Below are positions 57,787 to 64,000 of a stretch of 64,000 nt of DNA, piece by piece. The DNA is taken from contig NC_092393.1 in assembly GCF_030028105.1 (NCBI RefSeq), forward strand, positions 54,694,125 to 54,758,124, in the 5' to 3' direction. Both the position numbers and the translations under genes were made by a program. This DNA comes from Mobula birostris. Its lineage: Eukaryota. The notes under the pieces are model-generated. The model was not told the origin of the DNA. It worked only from the letters and a program-made list of their open reading frames with translations, and did not search any database. How positions within the stretch are numbered: the first letter of the stretch is position 1; every line of letters starts with the position of its first letter.

Positions 57787-58031
57787 CAACCAGGATTACC
57801 CCACACCCCCAGTCTCTAAACAGTGTTTCAACCAGGATTACCCCACACTCCCAGTCTCTAAATGGCGTTTCAACCAGGATTACCCCAGGCCTAGTTCCGA
57901 AACAGTGTTTCAACCAGGATTACCCCAGGCCTAGTCTCTAAACGGTGTTTCAACCAGGATTATCCCAAACCCCCAGTCTGTAAACAGTGTTTCAACCAGG
58001 ATTACCCCAGGCCTAGTCTCTAAACGGTGTT
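57787..58031. repeat. Minisatellite, 6 units of 40-42 bp
   Basis: CAACCAGGATTACCCC(ACACCCCC/AGGCCT)AGTCTCTAAACRGTGTTT with unit starts at 57787, 57829, 57871, 57911, 57951 and 57993. Confidence 0.9.
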
Positions 58032-58224
58032 GGTCTGTTTGAGTAGCTGCTCTATCTGGATTCCTTGTACAGTTTATGCTAAACCCCTCCAAGGTTGCTC
58101 CAGCTCTCTCCATGAACCTGCCCCTTGACCTTCACCTCTCAGAGTTTGTGCTTTATCCTTGGTTGCCCGTGAGAGGGAGCTTTGGTGGTGTCATTTGCAC
58201 ATTGGTTGGAGTTTTTCATAAACT

Positions 58225-58505
58225 ATATTTTATTTATTGAGATACAACGTGGAATAGGCCCTTCCGGCCCTTTGAGCCACGCCACCCAGCAACGCCCGAT
58301 TTAACCTGAGCCTAATCACAGGACAATTTATACTGACCAATTAACCTACCGACCAGTACGTCTTTGGACTGTGGGAGGAAACCAGAGCACCCAAAGGAAA
58401 CCCACACAGGGAGAACGCACAAACTCCTTGCAGGCAGTTGCAGGAATTGAACCTGGGTCGCTGGTGCTGTAAAGTGTCGTGCTGACCACTACGCCACCGT
58501 ACCGC
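58225..58505 (-). mobile_element. HE1/V-SINE-type SINE
   Basis: Reverse complement of the 62687-62960 family, including A/B boxes and V-domain. Confidence 0.8.
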
Positions 58506-58689
58506 ACTGTAATTTGCTGTGACTGGATACGGTCACTGTCAGCATGTGACATGGCACATGATGAATGAACAACTCCTTCCAAACAAAAACACATTCTGAC
58601 CACTGGCTGGTGGTTGTAATCCATTTGCAAGTCTCTTTATGTCCCGCTTTAGCTCAGCCTATCAACATTACCGTCTGTTCCCTTCTCCT

Positions 58690-59765
58690 TCCATTTTATC
58701 TGACAACGGGATCCCACCACTAAGTACATCTTTCCCTCCCCCCCCCCCCCGCTTTCCGCAGGGATCGCTCCCTACGCGACTCCCTTGGCCATTCGTCCCC
58801 CCCATCCCTCCCCACTGATCTCCCTCCTGGCGGAACAAGTGCTACACATGCCCTTACACTTCCTCCCTTACCACCATTCAGGGCCCCAGACAGTCCTTCC
58901 AGGTGAGGCGACACTTTACCTGTGAGTCGACTGGGGTGATATACTGCGTCCGGTGCTCCCGATGTGGCCTTCTATATATTGGCGAGACCCGACGCAGACT
59001 GGGAGAGCGCTTTGCTGAACACCTACGCTCTGTCCGCCAGAGAAAGCAGGATCGCCCAGTGGCCACACATTTTAATTCCACATCCCATTCCCATTCCGAC
59101 ATGTCTATCCACGGCCTCCTCTACTGTAAAGATGAAGCCACACTCAGGTTGGAGGAACAACACCTTATATTCCGTCTGGGTAGCCTCCAACCTGATGGCA
59201 TGAACATTGACTTCTCTAACTTCCGCTAATGCCCCACCTCCCCCTCGTACCCCATCCATTATTTATTTNNNNNNNNNNNNNNNNNNNNNNNNNNNNNNNN
59301 NNNNNNNNNNNNNNNNNNNNNNNNNNNNNNNNNNNNNNNNNNNNNNNNNNNNNNNNNNNNNNNNNNNNNNNNNNNNNNNNNNNNNNNNNNNNNNNNNNNN
59401 NNNNNNNNNNNNNNNNNNNNNNNNNNNNNNNNNNNNNNNNNNNNNNNNNNNNNNNNNNNNACCCTCCGTCTTTCTCCCTGGGCCTCCTGTCCCATGATCC
59501 TCTCGTATCCCCTTTGCCAATCACCTGTCCAGCTCTCGGCTCTATCCCTCCCCCTCCTGTCTTCTCCCATCATTTTGGATCTCCCCCTCCCCCTCCCACT
59601 TTCAAATCTCTTACTAACTCTTCCTTCAGTTAGTCTTGACGAAGGGTCTCGGCCTGAAACGTCGATTGTACCTCTTCCTAGAGATGCTGCCTGGCCTGCT
59701 GCGTTCACCAGCAACTTTGATGTGTGTTGCTTGAATTTCCAGCATCTGCAGAATTCCTATTGTTT
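58690..59765 (+). mobile_element. 5'-truncated Penelope-like retroelement (GIY-YIG endonuclease end plus pLTR), spanning an assembly gap at 59269-59460
   Basis: Open GIY-YIG C-terminal frame followed by the pLTR seen throughout the window; hammerhead motif at 59632-59667 with C3-to-T change. Confidence 0.88.
58903..59229 (+). pseudogene. GIY-YIG endonuclease domain of a Penelope-like element (fragment, no RT)
   Basis: FTCESTGVIYCVRCSRCGLLYIGETRRRLGERFAEH...PVATHFN...LEEQHLIFRLGSLQPDGMN: VIY/YIG motifs, catalytic Arg, Glu and Asn, Cys/His cluster. Confidence 0.88.
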
Positions 59766-61449
59766 CCTCTTTCATCCATCTTGGTTTTGTGTCTAATGTA
59801 AGTTTCACTTGCCAACCACATTCTGCTAAGAAGATTCCTCCCAAATTCATCACTAGATTTACCGCTGACCTTCCCCTCCTTGCAGGGTCTAATTTTGGAC
59901 GCGTAAAGATTAGTTTTGTATGTCATGTGTCCGTTGGGACAACAAAATTTTGAGTGAAATGCATCAGTTACGTCCACAACCAACGCAATCTGAGGAAACG
60001 CAAATGTCACCACACATTTCGGTGCCACCGTATCCTGCACACAACTTACTAGCTCTAACCTGTACGTGGGAGGAAACTGGAGCACGTGGTCACAGGGAGA
60101 ACGTACAAACTCTTTGCGTACGGCGGTGGGAATTGAACCCTGATCTTACAGCGCCAGCAACAGCTGCGCTACCGTGCCGTGTCAATCTGTTGAGGATGAA
60201 ACAGCAGCTCTGTACCTTTACCCAGTTGTGGGATAACATCATTGGGATGAATTCCCAAGGGTAGTCAGATAGATTGGGAGGGGAGGGAGGTGACCTGGGA
60301 GAATGACTAATGTGGTTTATAGTTAAGGAGATGTATGGTGTGTTGGTCTTTATTAGTCAGGGGATTGAGTTCAAGATGCACAAGGTAATGTTGCTGCTCT
60401 ACAAAACCCTGTAGTCCAACGTACACTTAGAGTATTATGTTCAGTTCTGATTGTCTGGTTGTAGGGAAGATGTGGAAGCTTTAGAGAGGGTGCAGGCTGC
60501 TGCCTGGATTAGAGAGCATGTATCAAGGTAGGGTGAGTGAGCTGAAGCTTTTCTCTTTGGAGCAGAGGATGAGAGGTGGCTTGATGAAGGTGTGCAAGGT
60601 GATGGGAGGCTTAGATCAAGTGGACGGCTAGAGACCTTCTCCCAGGAATGAAATGGCAAATACGAGAGGGCATGAATTAAAAGTAATTGGAGGAACGAAT
60701 AAACTCTTCTCACCCACCTCTTCTCACCCACCAATCAGCAACACAGCAACAGGAAGGAATGGGCGAGAACACAAATTTAAAAAAAAATATATAGAACTGA
60801 GAAAGGCCAATATGAACTGATGTAGGCCAGGCAATATCTATGGGGGAAAAAGAAAGTACAGTTGACGTTTCAGGCTGAGACCCTTCAGCAGGACTTCATT
60901 CAGACCTGCTGCCTGGTCTACTGACTTCCTCCAGTGTTTTGTGTGAGGCTGTGTAGGAAGGAAGGGTTAGGTTGATTTTGGAGGGCAAATTGATGGAAGA
61001 AAAACAGAGGGCTAGGTAGGAGGGAAGGGTTAGATTGATCTTGGAGTAGGTTAAAAGGTCATCATAAAATTGTGGGCCGAAGGGCCTGTACTCTTCTATA
61101 GTGTCTGTGTAATTCACATTTTGAGTACTGTGATGAATCTTCCATTGGACTGGAGAAACAACCCCATCAAGAATGCAATACGCGAGTCCTTTTGCATTCT
61201 CCCTACGTTCCCGTCAGAACCCCCATCAGATTCTATCCAGCACACACTCAGTGCAGTTTACAGTAGACTGTTAACTTGCCAAGCTCCATGTCCTTGGGAT
61301 GTGGTACCCGGGGGCCACCCACATGGTCACAGAGCGAAACGGATCGGATCAGCTCAGCAGCGGAGGTCAGATCGAACCCGGGTTGCAGCAGTTCTAAACG
61401 GTGCCAGCGCCTCACCGACCACTTCAACACAAGGATGAAATTCTGAGGC

Positions 61450-62015
61450 TTTAAAAGGCCCTGGCGAGGCCTCACTTGGAGTATTGTGAGCAGTTTTGGG
61501 CCCCTTATCTAAGAAAGGATGTGCTGAAACTGGAGCGGGCTCTGAGGAGATTGACAAAAATGATTCCGGATTGAAAATCTTATATGAGGAGTGTTTGATG
61601 GCTTTGGGCCTGTACTCACTGAAATTTAGAAGAATGACGGGGGGATTCTCATTGAAACCTCTTGAATATTGAGAGGCCCAGATAGAGTGGATGGGGAAAG
61701 AATGTTTCTTGTAGTGGGGGAGTCTAGGACCAGAGGGCACAACTTCAAGTAGAGGGGTGTCAATTTAGAACGGCGATGAGGAGGAATTTCTTTAGCCAGA
61801 GGGTGGTGAATCTGTGAAATTCGTTGCCGCAGACGGCTGTGGAGGCCAGGACATTGGGTGTATTTAAAGCGGAGGTTGATAGATTTCTGATAAGTCAGGG
61901 TGGGTAAGGATACGGGGAAGAATGGGGTTGAGAGGGAAATGGTTCAGCCACAATAAAATGGTGGAGCAGACTTGATGGGCCGAATGGCCTGCTCCTCCAA
62001 TGTCTTGTGGTCTAA
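61450..62015 (+). mobile_element. CR1-type LINE 3' fragment; another at about 63010-63820 interrupted by a minus-strand V-SINE (about 63245-63500)
   Basis: [20 protein letters not shown] and MRRNFFSQRVVNLWNSLP ORF2 end; GATGGGCCGAATGGCC 3' hairpin. Confidence 0.8.
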
Positions 62016-62458
62016 AAGTAAAACTTGTACGTGCGGAGATTTTGGGAGCTTCCTTCCTGTTTGGATGGGTGACAACGGAGCAGTTAACACGTAGCTTAAC
62101 AGCACCGGCCATTACCGATGAGGGGTCATTTCCCACTGGTAATCGGTAAGGAGTTTGTACGTGACCGGGTGCACCGTTTTCCTCCCACATTGCAAAGACC
62201 ACGGTCGGGGTTAATAAACCATGGGATGCTACGTTGGCGAGATTTGCGGGTTACAAATCCTCGGACTGCGTTGGTGGTTGGTGCAAAATGATGCATTTCA
62301 CTGTACGTTTGTGTGTTGCCATGTGCGTGTGACAAAGTTAAGCGCTCTTCTGTTGCAGGATGGGGCTGGGGTACATTGGCTTTCCAGAGGCTGAACAAGC
62401 TCGGGGAAAGGCGGAGCTACCCATCCTCCGGTTTAATGTCCGTGTCCTTGTGTTGCAG

Positions 62459-62550
62459 GGGCGGCGGAAAGCGGGAAGAGCACACTGGTGAAGCAGATGA
62501 AGATCATTCACAGTCATGGATTTACCGAGCAAGAACTTAGCAGTTTCAAG
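62459..62550 (+). CDS. gnav1: G-alpha-v coding exon 2 ([31 protein letters not shown]); gene continues beyond the window
   Basis: TTGCAG acceptor, phase matches exon 1, P-loop GAAESGKST, donor GTATGA at 62551. Confidence 0.9.
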
Positions 62551-62686
62551 GTATGACAAAAAGATAAAGTCATATACGAGTGGGCATTTTGCATTATAAG
62601 ATTGATGGGGTAAACTTGCAAATATATTTTATTCAGTTTCCGGACGTAAAAGAGTCACCTGGGCAGGCTGTTATACCTGCTCGATT

Positions 62687-62960
62687 GGGGCGGCATGGTA
62701 GTGTAGTGGTTAGCACAATGTCATACAGTACAGGTGATTCGAGTTCGATTCCCGCCACTGCCTGAAAGGAGTTTGTATGTTCTCCCCGTGACCGCGTGGG
62801 TTTCCTCCGGGTGCTCTGGTTTCCTCCCACAGTCCAAAGGCGTACGGGTTGGTAGGTTAATTGGTCGTTGTGAATTGTCCTGTGACTGGGCACAGATTAA
62901 ATCCGCACTGTTGGAAAGGCCTATTCTGCGCCGTATCTCAATACAGTAAATAAAAAAAAA
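62687..62960 (+). mobile_element. Full-length HE1/V-SINE-type SINE
   Basis: GGGGCGGCATGGTAGTGTAGTGGTTAGCAC head, GTTCGATTCC B box, V-domain, A-rich tail. Confidence 0.85.
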
Positions 62961-64000
62961 TAGATAACGCGCATGAGAATGATCTTTTAGTTCTTGTAAG
63001 CTGAAGAGCTTGTCAGGCGTTGGTCAGACCGCACTCAGGGTGTTGTGAGCAGTCTTGGATCCCGTATTTAAGGAGAGATGGGCTGGCTTTGGAAGGGGTC
63101 CAGAGAGGGTTCACGAGAATGACTCCAGGCATGAAGGGGTTAATGGATGAGGGGTGTTTTGATTCTTTGGGCCTGTACTTGGGGATGAGGTGGGATCTCA
63201 TTGAAACAAGGCCGCGGTAGAACGGACATAATGTTTCCTATAGTTAATTTATTTACTTAGGGATACAGCGCGGAATAGGCCCTCCGAGTCACCCCCCCCC
63301 CGACAACCCCGATTTAACCCTAACCTATTCACAATGACCAATTAACCCACCCAGTGTGCCTTTGGACTGTGGGAGGAAACCAGAGCACCCGGAGGAAACC
63401 CGCGCTTCTCACGGGGAGGATGTACAGGGACTCCCCCGAGGATGCTGGGATTGAACTCTGAACTTCGTTGCCCCAGGCTGTAACGGCGTCTCGCTAACCG
63501 CTTCTTCCATAGTGGGGAGAGTCTGGGATCGGAGGGCACTGCCTCAGCATACTTGGGACACCCCTTTGGAACAGAGATGAGGAGGAATTTCTTTAGCCAG
63601 AGGGTGGTGAATCTGTGGAATTCATTGCCACAGACAGCTGTGGAGGCCAAGACACTGGGTATATTTACAACAGGGATTGATAACTTCTTGATTAGTAAGG
63701 ACGTCAAAGATTATGGGGAGAAGGCAGAGAATGGGGTTGGGGGGAATATCAGTCCTGATTGAACGCCAGAGCAGACTTGATGGGCCGAATGGCCCCATTT
63801 TGCTCCAGTGTCCAATGGTCTATTAATGTAGTCATTCCTTCATTATTTCTGGTAATGTGTTTGGCAGGTTTGGTGCTAATTCTTGCTGTTATCTGTGTAA
63901 GAGTTAAAAGTGGGTGCAGATAACTGCACAGCAACTGTTCACTGTCAGCCAGGTATTTTAGTGGACGTCCTTTCCACCCTTTTGGAAAAAAAGTGCGTTG

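Noticed and set aside
62360-62491. ATG-initiated frame [34 protein letters not shown] running up to gnav1 exon 2, resembling an alternative G-alpha N-terminus
   Set aside because: It is one base out of frame with GAAESGKST and stops soon after; the true frame has TAA at 62434-62436; little nucleotide similarity to exon 1

Overview
Vertebrate genomic DNA, most likely a cartilaginous fish (shark or ray), judged from HE1/V-SINE-type, CR1, Rex1/Babar and Penelope-like repeats together with a G-alpha-v gene. Two protein-coding genes lie on the + strand. (1) A complete 13-exon PCYT2 (ethanolamine-phosphate cytidylyltransferase; ATG 2554, stop 47261, 1173 nt, 390 aa) with a CpG-rich promoter and a U12-type minor intron at 41396-41499. 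(2) The first two coding exons of gnav1, the fifth-class G protein alpha subunit that tetrapods lack (54751-54880, 62459-62550); the gene runs off the window. Introns are packed with often nested transposon relics. The most notable non-coding signals are minimal hammerhead ribozyme motifs in the Penelope-like element termini (one in sense within PCYT2 intron 1, paired with its own antisense copy), a 72-bp minisatellite whose only open + frame is in phase with PCYT2 exon 1, a retroelement inserted inside the exon 9 splice acceptor, and an overlapping uORF on gnav1. Most ORFs in the supplied track are spurious or repeat-derived. Two assembly gaps (23748-23915, 59269-59460). Repeat boundaries without stated TSDs are approximate, and family assignments come from motif recognition, not database searches.
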